30,384 nucleotides of DNA. Origin: a virus (Duplodnaviria > Caudoviricetes). Each line of letters starts with the position of its first letter. The first letter of the stretch is position 1. The notes under the pieces were generated by a model that was given only the letters and a program-made list of their open reading frames with translations, had not been told where the DNA came from and ran no database searches. A program made the translations under genes and the position numbers. Shown one piece after another: positions 7,589 through 16,365 of this stretch. The DNA is taken from IMG/VR virus record IMGVR_UViG_3300022178_000631, positions 1 to 30,384 of that record; one strand, written 5' to 3'.

Positions 7589-8152
7589 ATGAAATCACCA
7601 TTCCAATTTATCGTAAAGCCACTTAACGGCAAGAGATACAACAACACAAAAGAAATATCAGGTACTGAGTTTATAACAAGCACATCAGAAGAAGACCATA
7701 AGTTTTCAAATCGTTACGCAGAAGTAATAGAAACGCCATTAGGATATGAAGGTAAAATTAAAATTGGTGACACTTTACTTGTTCATCATAATGTTTTTAA
7801 GTTTTATTTTGATATGCAGGGAAGAAAAAAAAGTGGTCAAAGCTTTTTTAAAGATGATTTATTCTTCATAGATCAGGAGCAGTTCTTCATGTACAAGCAG
7901 GATGGAGAATGGAATGCATACGATAGATATTGTTTCGTAGAGCCGTTAGAAGTTCAGGATTCATATATATATAAAGCTACATCTAAAGAGCCTTTAATGG
8001 GGGTAATGAGATATCCTAATGAATATCTAAAATCACAAGGGGTTTCTAATGGAGATAAAGTTTGTTTCACTCCGGAAAGCGAATACGAATTTATTGTTGA
8101 TGAAAAGACTATGTATAGAGTTTATGATCACCAAATAACAATTAAATTATGA
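7589..8152 (+). CDS. GroES-like co-chaperonin, apparently two tandem GroES-like domains
   Basis: Half 1: FIVKP...AEVI..P.G....IKIGD.LLV. Half 2: CFVEP...G.M.Y......GV..GDKV.F.P.SEYEFIVD...MYRV...I. Both echo the cpn10 pattern. Confidence 0.6.
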   Translation: MKSPFQFIVKPLNGKRYNNTKEISGTEFITSTSEEDHKFSNRYAEVIETPLGYEGKIKIGDTLLVHHNVFKFYFDMQGRKKSGQSFFKDDLFFIDQEQFFMYKQDGEWNAYDRYCFVEPLEVQDSYIYKATSKEPLMGVMRYPNEYLKSQGVSNGDKVCFTPESEYEFIVDEKTMYRVYDHQITIKL

Positions 8153-8715
8153 TAAATACTTTAGATAATTTTTTAGATAAAGAAACCTATGATTCGACAT
8201 ATCAAAAACTATTAGATAATGACTTTATAGAAATATCATTAGGAGATAAGGATTTTCGTGTTCAGAATAGCGATAAGGATTTTAACGACATGATATTGAA
8301 AAAAATTTCTGTCATTGAAGGTGTTGAAAGAGAATGTCTTTTAGGATTTTTTAGAGTAGCAACAGAAGACTTTGATACTGATTGGAGAATACATGCAGAC
8401 TCAAATGTAGGAGATATTAGTCCGGAAAGAGCACTTGTTCTATATATATCTCCATCCACCAAAAAAGGGCTACATGGAACTGCTTTTTGGAAACATAAGG
8501 AAAAGGGATATCAAATACCTGATGATTTTACTAACGAAGAGTTTGACAAGTTTCTTTTAGAGGAATCTAATAACTTAGATAGCTGGGAACTTCATTCAGT
8601 AATTGGGTATAGACCTAATCGAGCCCTTATGTATCCTTCTGTTTACTTTCATAGTAAATATCCTAATACAGGATGGGAAGGAGGAAGAATGGTGTATGTA
8701 ATGTTTTATAAATAA
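8149..8715 (+). CDS. 2OG-Fe(II) dioxygenase superfamily protein (DUF6445-like)
   Basis: RIHAD (HxD), ALVLYIS, GTAFW, NRALMY...FHS (distal His) and GRMV..F (2OG-binding Arg). Confidence 0.8.
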   Translation: MINTLDNFLDKETYDSTYQKLLDNDFIEISLGDKDFRVQNSDKDFNDMILKKISVIEGVERECLLGFFRVATEDFDTDWRIHADSNVGDISPERALVLYISPSTKKGLHGTAFWKHKEKGYQIPDDFTNEEFDKFLLEESNNLDSWELHSVIGYRPNRALMYPSVYFHSKYPNTGWEGGRMVYVMFYK

Positions 8716-8733
8716 TTATATAACAATTAAATT

Positions 8734-9021
8734 ATGAAGAACTCAAATGAATTAAGATTGGAGCTTGTAATAGCAGGAAGAAGAGCTGTTGAGGAGCTTA
8801 TAAAAGTTGCTCAAGAAAAAATAGTTGGATATGACATTGAAGATGATTTGGCAGCAGATAAATTAAAGAATGCTGCAGCTGCTAAAAAATTAGCTATATT
8901 TGATGCGTTTGAAATACTTTCTAGAATTGATATTGAGGAGGATAATTTAAGAGAAGAGTCTGATAAAAAAGAAACTAAACCTAGTACAAGTGGATTTGCA
9001 GAAAAAAGAGCTAGAGGTTAA
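8734..9021 (+). CDS. Helical protein, terminase small subunit candidate
   Basis: 95 aa, helical, immediately upstream of and overlapping TerL; assignment by position only. Confidence 0.55.
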   Translation: MKNSNELRLELVIAGRRAVEELIKVAQEKIVGYDIEDDLAADKLKNAAAAKKLAIFDAFEILSRIDIEEDNLREESDKKETKPSTSGFAEKRARG

Positions 9022-11245
9022 ATTATATACAGTCCTAGAGGACTATATATCTGATTCGGTAATTAAGAGAAAGAATAAAAAATCTTCTTGGAATTACGGA
9101 TATAACCAGGAATATGACATAGTGATAATATCTCGTGACGGAACATTGGGTGATATTATTAGTGTTAGTGGGTTAGTCATAGGTCTTCCTATGAAGCCTT
9201 TGCGTGCTAATATGAGAAGCACTAAACCTGAAAAACAATATTGGGAGAGAGAAGAATTACCAAGAGAATTATTTAAAATAAAGTCTATATTTCAATGGAA
9301 TGATATGCACAGTTCATTCAAAGATAAGTGGGTTGAATATATTGAGACTGAATTTGATAATAGAGAGTTAGGTTATTGGTTTATGAATAAAGGTGAGTCT
9401 ACCTACATAACAGGTTCTCATTACATGTACCTTCAATGGACAAATATAGATGTTGGTTATCCTGATTACCGAGAAGCAAACAGAATATTTTTCATATTTT
9501 GGGAAGCTTGTAAAGCTGATAAAAGGTCTTTTGGAATGTCGTATCTAAAAATTAGACGTTCTGGATTTTCTTTTATGGGTTCTTCTGAATGTGTAAATAC
9601 AGGAACACTAGCTACAGATGCAAGGGTTGGGATATTATCAAAGACAGGTTCTGATGCAAAGAAGATGTTTACGGATAAGGTAGTTCCTATATCCAATAGA
9701 CTTCCTTTCTTTTTTAAACCTATCCAGGATGGAATGGATAAACCAAAAACTGAATTAGCATTTAGAGTTCCTGCGTCTAAGATTACTAAAAAGAATATGG
9801 CTACTATAGCTGAAGAAAGTTTTGAAGGACTTGATACTACTATTGACTGGAAGAATACAGACGATAACAGTTATGATGGAGAGAAGTTACTTTTATTAGT
9901 TCATGATGAATCAGGAAAGTGGATTAAGCCAAACAATATTTTAAACAACTGGCGTGTAACTAAAACCTGTCTTAGATTAGGTAGTAAAGTTATAGGGAAG
10001 TGTATGATGGGTTCAACATCCAATGCATTAAGTAAAGGTGGAGATAATTTTAAAAAGTTATACGAGGATTCGTCAGTTACTTCCAGAAATAAAAACGGAC
10101 AGACAAAAAGTGGCATGTATTCTCTTTTTATTCCTATGGAGTGGAATATGGAAGGGTTCATTGATATACATGGAATGCCTGTATTTAGAAATCCTAAAAA
10201 ACCATTGTTGGGGGCTGATGGTGAGATGATAGAGATTGGAGCTATTGATTATTGGGACGCAGAGGTGGATTCACTAAAGGGTGACCCGGATGCTTTGAAT
10301 GAATTTTATAGACAGTTTCCAAGAACGGAATCTCACGCATTTAGAGATGAAAGTAAGCAGTCATTATTTAATCTTACTAAGATATATCAGCAGGTAGATT
10401 ATAACGAATCTTTAATTACTGATAGGCACGTTACTAGAGGGTCTTTCCATTGGAAGAATGGAATTCAAGATACAGAGGTTATATTTAGCCCTGATAAAAG
10501 AGGAAGGTTTTATGTTGGTTGGACTCCTAATAAGCATTTACAAAACAACATGATAACCAAGAATGGAATAAAATATCCAGGAAACGAACATATTGGAGCT
10601 TTTGGTTGTGATAGTTACGATATATCAGGTACTGTTGGTGGCGGTGGATCTAACGGTTCTCTTCACGGACTTACTATGTTTAGTATGGATGAAGCTCCTA
10701 GTAATGAATTTTTCTTAGAGTACATAGCTAGACCTCAGACAGCAGAGATATTCTTTGAAGATGTCCTTATGGCTTGTGTGTTTTATGGTATGCCGATACT
10801 TGCAGAGAATAATAAGCCGAGGCTTTTATATCATTTTAAGAATAGAGGGTATAGAGGGTTTTCTATGAACAGACCTGATAAGATATATAATAAGCTATCT
10901 AAGACAGAGAAAGAGCTTGGAGGGATACCTAACTCGTCTGAAGATATAAAACAAGCTCACGCAGCCGCTATAGAGTCATATATAGAAAAACACGTTGGAT
11001 TTGATTTAGATGGAACTTATAGACCTAGTGATGAAGTTGGCTCTATGTTATTTAATAGAACATTGGAAGATTGGGCAAAGTTTGATATTAATAACAGAAC
11101 AAAGCATGATGCTTCTATTAGCTCTGGATTAGCCGTAATGGCTTGTCAAAAGACATTATATACACCTCAAAAACAAGAGTCAAAAATAAGCATTACCTTT
11201 GCAAGGTATAGTAATGATGGAAATCGTAGCCAAATAATTAGATGA
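8990..11245 (+). CDS. terL: Terminase large subunit (start uncertain: GTG 8990 or TTG 8996)
   Basis: Walker A-like LKIRRSGFS, Walker B LLLVHDE, coupling motif GSTSN, RNase H-like nuclease residues (GCDSYD, ENN, KHDA); directly precedes the portal. Confidence 0.9.
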   Translation: MDLQKKELEVKLYTVLEDYISDSVIKRKNKKSSWNYGYNQEYDIVIISRDGTLGDIISVSGLVIGLPMKPLRANMRSTKPEKQYWEREELPRELFKIKSIFQWNDMHSSFKDKWVEYIETEFDNRELGYWFMNKGESTYITGSHYMYLQWTNIDVGYPDYREANRIFFIFWEACKADKRSFGMSYLKIRRSGFSFMGSSECVNTGTLATDARVGILSKTGSDAKKMFTDKVVPISNRLPFFFKPIQDGMDKPKTELAFRVPASKITKKNMATIAEESFEGLDTTIDWKNTDDNSYDGEKLLLLVHDESGKWIKPNNILNNWRVTKTCLRLGSKVIGKCMMGSTSNALSKGGDNFKKLYEDSSVTSRNKNGQTKSGMYSLFIPMEWNMEGFIDIHGMPVFRNPKKPLLGADGEMIEIGAIDYWDAEVDSLKGDPDALNEFYRQFPRTESHAFRDESKQSLFNLTKIYQQVDYNESLITDRHVTRGSFHWKNGIQDTEVIFSPDKRGRFYVGWTPNKHLQNNMITKNGIKYPGNEHIGAFGCDSYDISGTVGGGGSNGSLHGLTMFSMDEAPSNEFFLEYIARPQTAEIFFEDVLMACVFYGMPILAENNKPRLLYHFKNRGYRGFSMNRPDKIYNKLSKTEKELGGIPNSSEDIKQAHAAAIESYIEKHVGFDLDGTYRPSDEVGSMLFNRTLEDWAKFDINNRTKHDASISSGLAVMACQKTLYTPQKQESKISITFARYSNDGNRSQIIR
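11194..11201 (+). promoter_or_regulatory. -7 promoter box (TACCTTTG) inside the TerL 3' end, likely driving portal
   Basis: Exact TAnnTTTG followed by CAA, 40 nt before portal ATG; overlaps codons I-T-F-A. Confidence 0.55.
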
Positions 11246-13677
11246 AAGAAGTAAAGATATCAGTAAATCCTCAAAGTTTCCCGAATCAGTTCGCTTCAGA
11301 TGAAGAGAAAAAAACTGTTGAATACGGGCTAATGGTAGGTCAGACTATTCAATATGAATGGTTTAAAAACGACGGGTCAAGTTCAAGGTTTTATAACCAA
11401 AAAAAAGAATTTGCAAGATTAAGATTGTACGCAAGAGGCGAACAGTCAGTATCAAAATATAAGAATGAACTATCAGTTGATGGAGATTTGTCTTATCTAA
11501 ATCTTGATTGGACACCCGTACCTATTCTACCAAAATTTGTAGACATTGTGGTTAACGGAATGTCTGATAGATTATTCAAAGTTAAAGTGTACTCTCAAGA
11601 CGCAATGTCTCAAGAGAAGAGAGGTTCTTTTCAAGACAATATTGAAGGTCAGATGATTGCTAAACCTGTGTTGGAACAAATACAAAAAGATTCAGGAGTT
11701 GATCCGTTTACTATGGATCCAGATGAGCTTCCTAAAACAGATGAAGAACTATCTCTTTATATGCAGCTTAACTATAAGCCTGCAATAGAAATTGCAGAAG
11801 AGACGGCTATCAATACTATATTTGATGAAAATCATTATGATGATACAAGGAAAAGACTTGATTACGATGCTACTGTAATAGGAATATCTGTTGCAAAGCA
11901 TGAGTTTCTTTCAGGAGAAGGAGTAAAGATTTCTTATGTTGACCCTGCTAATGTAATTTACAGCTATACTGAAGACCCTCATTTTAAAGATTGTTTTTAT
12001 TGGGGTGAAGTTAAAACTGTTCCAATTACTGAGCTATTTAAGATTGACCCTACAATAACGAAAGAAGAGCTGGAGACAATATCTAAATCTAGCCAAAGCT
12101 GGTATGACCATTATAATGTTTCTCAGTTTCATGATAACGATATATTTCTAAGAGATACAGCTACACTTCTTTATTTTAACTATAAGACTACCAAAAAGAT
12201 TGTCTATAAGAAAAAGATTTCTGATAACGGAAATGTTAAAATGATAGAGAAGGATGATAGCTTCAATCCACCTGAAGAAATGATGGAAGACGCTCAGTTT
12301 GAGAAGGTTTCTAAAACTATTGACGTTTGGTATGAGGGAGTTATGGTTATGGGTACTAACATTATGCTTAAGTGGGAAATGTCTGAGAATATGGTAAGAC
12401 CAAAGTCTTCAGCTCAGCACGCTATTCCTAACTATGTGGCTTGTGCTCCAAGAATGTATAAAGGTAGTATTGAGTCTTTAGTTAGAAGGATGATTCCTTT
12501 TGCAGATTTAATACAAATTACTCATTTAAAAATACAGCAAGTAATTGCTAAGGTTGTTCCTGACGGAGTATTCATCGATGCAGATGGTCTTAACGAGGTA
12601 GACCTTGGTACAGGAGCTGCATACAATCCGGAGGATGCATTAAGGCTATACTTCCAAACAGGTTCTGTTATTGGTAGGTCTTATACTCAAGACGGAGAGT
12701 TTAACAACGCAAGAGTTCCAATTCAACAACTTACATCTAGCTCAGGAGCTAGTAAATTACAAATGCTTACAGGAAGTTATAATCATTACTTAGATATGAT
12801 TAGAGCTGTAACAGGATTGAATGAAGCTAGAGATGGTTCTACTCCAGATTCAAATGCTTTAGTAGGAGTTCAGAAGCTAGCAGCTTTAAATTCAAACACA
12901 GCAACAAGACATATTCTTGAAGGAGGTTTATACTTATATAAATCTTTAGCTCAAGCATTAACTTATAGAGTTGCTGATATTTTAGAATACTCAGACTTCA
13001 AGGAAGACTTTATAAATAAGATAGGGAAGTATAATGTAAATATATTAGGGGAGATTTCTGATTTGTACATTTATGACTTTGGTATTTTTGTTGAAATTTC
13101 TCCTGATGAAGAACAAAGACAACAATTAGAACAAAATATTCAGATAGCATTATCTAAAGGAGATATTAATCTTGAGGACGCTATTGATATTAGAGAATTA
13201 AGAAATCTCAAGTTAGCTAATCAGCTTCTAAAAATGAAGCGTATTAAGAAGCAAGACAGAGAGGAAAAGATGCAGATTCAACAACAGTCTATGGTTGCTG
13301 CTCAACAACAACAGTCTCAGCAAATTGCTGCTCAATCAGCTATGCAGAAGATACAAGCTGAAACTCAAGGGAAAATACAAGTTAAACAAGCTGAAACTGC
13401 TTTTGACATTGAAAAGCTTAAAAACGAAGCTTCCTTGAAAGTGGAGCTAATGGATAAAGAGTTCTCTTTACAGATGCAGCTTAAGGGAGTAGAAGTTAAT
13501 GCTGTAAAAGATAAAGAGGTTATGAAGGAGGATGCTAAATCCCAAAGAATAAGCCAACAGAGTACACAACAATCAAAATTAATCGAGCAAAGAAAAAATA
13601 ATTTACCACCTGTCAATTTTGAATCTAACGAAGACAGCCTTGATGGCTTCGACTTCGCTGAGTTCAATCCTAGATAG
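11242..13677 (+). CDS. Portal protein
   Basis: 811 aa between TerL and scaffold; PILPKFVDIVVNG and VTGLNEARDG motifs; long Gln-rich C-terminal coiled coil like podovirus portal barrels. Confidence 0.85.
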   Translation: MKEVKISVNPQSFPNQFASDEEKKTVEYGLMVGQTIQYEWFKNDGSSSRFYNQKKEFARLRLYARGEQSVSKYKNELSVDGDLSYLNLDWTPVPILPKFVDIVVNGMSDRLFKVKVYSQDAMSQEKRGSFQDNIEGQMIAKPVLEQIQKDSGVDPFTMDPDELPKTDEELSLYMQLNYKPAIEIAEETAINTIFDENHYDDTRKRLDYDATVIGISVAKHEFLSGEGVKISYVDPANVIYSYTEDPHFKDCFYWGEVKTVPITELFKIDPTITKEELETISKSSQSWYDHYNVSQFHDNDIFLRDTATLLYFNYKTTKKIVYKKKISDNGNVKMIEKDDSFNPPEEMMEDAQFEKVSKTIDVWYEGVMVMGTNIMLKWEMSENMVRPKSSAQHAIPNYVACAPRMYKGSIESLVRRMIPFADLIQITHLKIQQVIAKVVPDGVFIDADGLNEVDLGTGAAYNPEDALRLYFQTGSVIGRSYTQDGEFNNARVPIQQLTSSSGASKLQMLTGSYNHYLDMIRAVTGLNEARDGSTPDSNALVGVQKLAALNSNTATRHILEGGLYLYKSLAQALTYRVADILEYSDFKEDFINKIGKYNVNILGEISDLYIYDFGIFVEISPDEEQRQQLEQNIQIALSKGDINLEDAIDIRELRNLKLANQLLKMKRIKKQDREEKMQIQQQSMVAAQQQQSQQIAAQSAMQKIQAETQGKIQVKQAETAFDIEKLKNEASLKVELMDKEFSLQMQLKGVEVNAVKDKEVMKEDAKSQRISQQSTQQSKLIEQRKNNLPPVNFESNEDSLDGFDFAEFNPR

Positions 13678-13694
13678 TTATAATAAAATTTATG

Positions 13695-13702
13695 TATCTT
13701 TG
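13695..13702 (+). promoter_or_regulatory. Bacteroidota -7 promoter box (TATCTTTG) for the scaffold-MCP operon
   Basis: Exact consensus followed by CA, intergenic, 19 nt before ATG 13722. Confidence 0.75.
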
Positions 13703-13721
13703 CAAATAAAATCAAATAACA

Positions 13722-14840
13722 ATGGAAATTAAAGTAAGAGAAGTAAAGCCTATAGAAACAAAGTCAATGCAAGAAGTTGAAAATGAACTATTGGAAAAGC
13801 ACGAGGACCAGTTTGTAGACAGCGAGACTACCGAGGCAAAAGTCGAAGTAGAAACTGAAGTAGAAACTGAAGTAAATAATGAAGTAGCGACTGAAGAAGA
13901 GAAATCTCCTTCTGCTGAATTAAGAGAGGAGGATATTCTTTCATTTATTAAGAATAAATACGGAAGAGAGTTATCTTCATTGGATGAGATTAACGCAGCT
14001 AAAGAAGAAGCTGAAGAACTTCCAGACGATGTAGCTGCTTACTATAAGTATAAAAAAGAAACAGGAAGAGGTCTTGATGACTTTGTTAAATTAAACAGAG
14101 ACATTGATTCTGTTAGTGATGATAAATTACTAAAGGATTATCTTCTGTCTACCGAAGAAGGTTTAGACGAAGACGATATCGATTCATTGATGGAAGACTT
14201 TGATTATGACGAAGATTATGATGAAGAGTCAGACATCAAGAAAATAAAAATTAAAAAGAAAAAAATTGTTGCTAAAGCTAAGAAATTTTTCAACGAGCAA
14301 AAAGAAAAATATAAAGTTCCTCTTGAGTCAAGCGGATCTTCTAATTCTTTAAGTGAAGATGAAGGGTATCAAGAGTACAAGCAATATGTAGAGTCAGCGA
14401 AGACTACACAGGAGGAGAATCAGCGTAAGTCTGAGTGGTTTTCACAAAAGACTGATGAGGTGTTTTCTAATGAGTTCAAAGGTTTTGAGTTTAAATTAGA
14501 TGATAATTCAGTTGTTTTTAATCCCGGAGATGCTGCAGAACTAAAAAAAATACAGTCTAATCCAGAGAACTTTATTAAAAAGTTTTTGGATGAAAATGGA
14601 ATGGTTAGTAATGCTAGAGGATACCACAAGTCGTTAGCTGTCGCGATGAATCCTGAGAAGTTTGCCCAGTTCTTTTATGATCAAGGCAAGTCGACTGCAA
14701 AGGATGGAATGATGAAGACAATGAAAAACATTAACATGTCTGAACGTACCACCGGAGAAGTCAGTTCAAAAGGAGGAACACAGGTAAGGTCTTTAAGTAA
14801 CGACTCGGGTCGTGGATTAAAGATTAGGAGTAAAAAATAA
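13722..14840 (+). CDS. Probable capsid scaffolding protein
   Basis: Highly acidic and helical with a basic C-terminus; lies between portal and MCP. Confidence 0.7.
   Translation: MEIKVREVKPIETKSMQEVENELLEKHEDQFVDSETTEAKVEVETEVETEVNNEVATEEEKSPSAELREEDILSFIKNKYGRELSSLDEINAAKEEAEELPDDVAAYYKYKKETGRGLDDFVKLNRDIDSVSDDKLLKDYLLSTEEGLDEDDIDSLMEDFDYDEDYDEESDIKKIKIKKKKIVAKAKKFFNEQKEKYKVPLESSGSSNSLSEDEGYQEYKQYVESAKTTQEENQRKSEWFSQKTDEVFSNEFKGFEFKLDDNSVVFNPGDAAELKKIQSNPENFIKKFLDENGMVSNARGYHKSLAVAMNPEKFAQFFYDQGKSTAKDGMMKTMKNINMSERTTGEVSSKGGTQVRSLSNDSGRGLKIRSKK
13845..13892 (+). repeat. In-frame 12-bp tandem repeat (GAAGTAGAAACT x2 plus 2 degenerate units)
   Basis: Encodes EVET EVET EVNN EVAT. Confidence 0.8.
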
Positions 14841-14868
14841 ACATTAACAAAAAACAAAAACAAAAATT

Positions 14869-16290
14869 ATGTCAGTACAAGCGTCACCAGGGTTTAACTT
14901 GCAGCCAAGTGCAGAGCAAGTTGCCCTATCAACAAACTACATTACTAACTTCAATTTCTTGAATCAGTATCTTCCAGATACTTACGAGAAAGAATTCGAA
15001 AGATATGGTAATAGATCAGTATCTTCATTCTTAAGAATGGTAGGAGCTGAAATGCCTTCTAACTCAGACCTTATCAAATGGGCAGAGCAAGGAAGACTAC
15101 ACACAAAATATGTAAACTGTACAACTACAGTGATAACGACACAAGATACAGCTGTATTTACAATTAACGATACTTTAGTACCTGGTACTGGAGGTATTGC
15201 TGTAAGAGTTGGACAAACAATCATGTTGTCGCCTAAAACTATCGTAGGTACAGTTGCTACAGTAAACAAAGCAATCGTAACTTCTGTTAATACTGCTACA
15301 GGTGTTATCGAGGTGGCTTTCTACGAAGCAAGTGGTATGACAAATGATAACGTAGGAAACATTTACGAAATGTTCATCTACGGTTCTGAATTCAAAAAAG
15401 GAACTACAGGAATGGTAGGTTCTTTAGAAGCAGATGATGAAATCTTCGAAAACTCTCCAATTATCTTAAAAGATAAGTATGCAGTATCAGGTTCTGATAT
15501 GGCTCAAATTGGATGGATTGAAGTAACTACTGAAAACGGAGCTTCAGGATACTACTGGTACATGAAGTCTGAGCACGAAACTCGTTTGAGATTCGATGAT
15601 TACTTAGAGACAGCAATGATTGAAGCTGTTCCTGCTGCGACTGGTTCAGGGGCTGCTGCAGCTACAGGTAACGTAGGAAACAAAGGTTCTGAAGGTGTAT
15701 TCTACACTGTAGGTAACAGAGGAAACGTGTGGGCAGGAACTAATCCAGCTGCATTATCTGATTGGGATACTATCGTACAAAGATTAGACAAGCAAGGTTC
15801 TATTGAAGAGAATGTATTATTCTTAGATAGAGCATTTGGTTTTGCTATCGATGATATGTTAGCTGGTCAGAACTCTTACGGTACAAATGGTACTTCTTAC
15901 GGTCTTTTCGATAATGACAAGGACATGGCTCTTAACTTAGGATTCACAGGATTCAGAAGAGGGTATGATTTCTACAAGTCAGATTGGAAATACTTGAATG
16001 ACCCAACAATGAGAGGTGGATTAACAAATGGTAAAGTCAACGGACTATTAGTTCCTGCAGGTTCTACTACTGTTTATGACCAAATCTTAGGAAAAAATGC
16101 TAAGAGACCATTCTTACACGTTAGATACAGAGCTTCTGAAACTGAAGACAGACGTTACAAGACATGGATGACAGGTTCAGCAGGTGGTGCTTCAAATAGC
16201 GATTTAGATGCTATGGAAGTAAACTTCTTGTCTGAAAGAGCTGTATGTACACTAGGTGCAAACAACTTCTTCTTGTTCAAACAAGCATAA
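14869..16290 (+). CDS. Major capsid protein
   Basis: 473 aa after the scaffold; high-expression codon bias (TTC, AAC, TAC, ATC); long A-rich leader; followed by a strong terminator. Confidence 0.85.
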   Translation: MSVQASPGFNLQPSAEQVALSTNYITNFNFLNQYLPDTYEKEFERYGNRSVSSFLRMVGAEMPSNSDLIKWAEQGRLHTKYVNCTTTVITTQDTAVFTINDTLVPGTGGIAVRVGQTIMLSPKTIVGTVATVNKAIVTSVNTATGVIEVAFYEASGMTNDNVGNIYEMFIYGSEFKKGTTGMVGSLEADDEIFENSPIILKDKYAVSGSDMAQIGWIEVTTENGASGYYWYMKSEHETRLRFDDYLETAMIEAVPAATGSGAAAATGNVGNKGSEGVFYTVGNRGNVWAGTNPAALSDWDTIVQRLDKQGSIEENVLFLDRAFGFAIDDMLAGQNSYGTNGTSYGLFDNDKDMALNLGFTGFRRGYDFYKSDWKYLNDPTMRGGLTNGKVNGLLVPAGSTTVYDQILGKNAKRPFLHVRYRASETEDRRYKTWMTGSAGGASNSDLDAMEVNFLSERAVCTLGANNFFLFKQA

Positions 16291-16305
16291 GTTTAAAACT
16301 AAAGG

Positions 16306-16337
16306 TAGGGGTCGCAATTTGCGACCTCTATTTTTTT
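16306..16337 (+). terminator. Rho-independent terminator after MCP
   Basis: TAGGGGTCGC-AATTT-GCGACCTCTA stem (one G.U pair) followed by T7. Confidence 0.9.
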
Positions 16338-16365
16338 ATTATAAATCAAATAAAAATTATATCAA

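Noticed and set aside
9001-9008. Classic A_AAA_AAG -1 frameshift joining TerS and TerL
   Set aside because: The heptamer is not phased with the TerS codons (GAA AAA AGA), and TerL lies in the +1 frame, not -1
6066-10229. Nested + strand ORFs 6066-6248 and 10038-10229
   Set aside because: Short out-of-frame ORFs inside the LamG and TerL genes, lacking A-rich leaders or recognisable features
8990-16290. Introns or inteins in TerL, portal or MCP
   Set aside because: The ORFs are continuous and of plausible size, with no intein splice motifs or homing endonuclease visible
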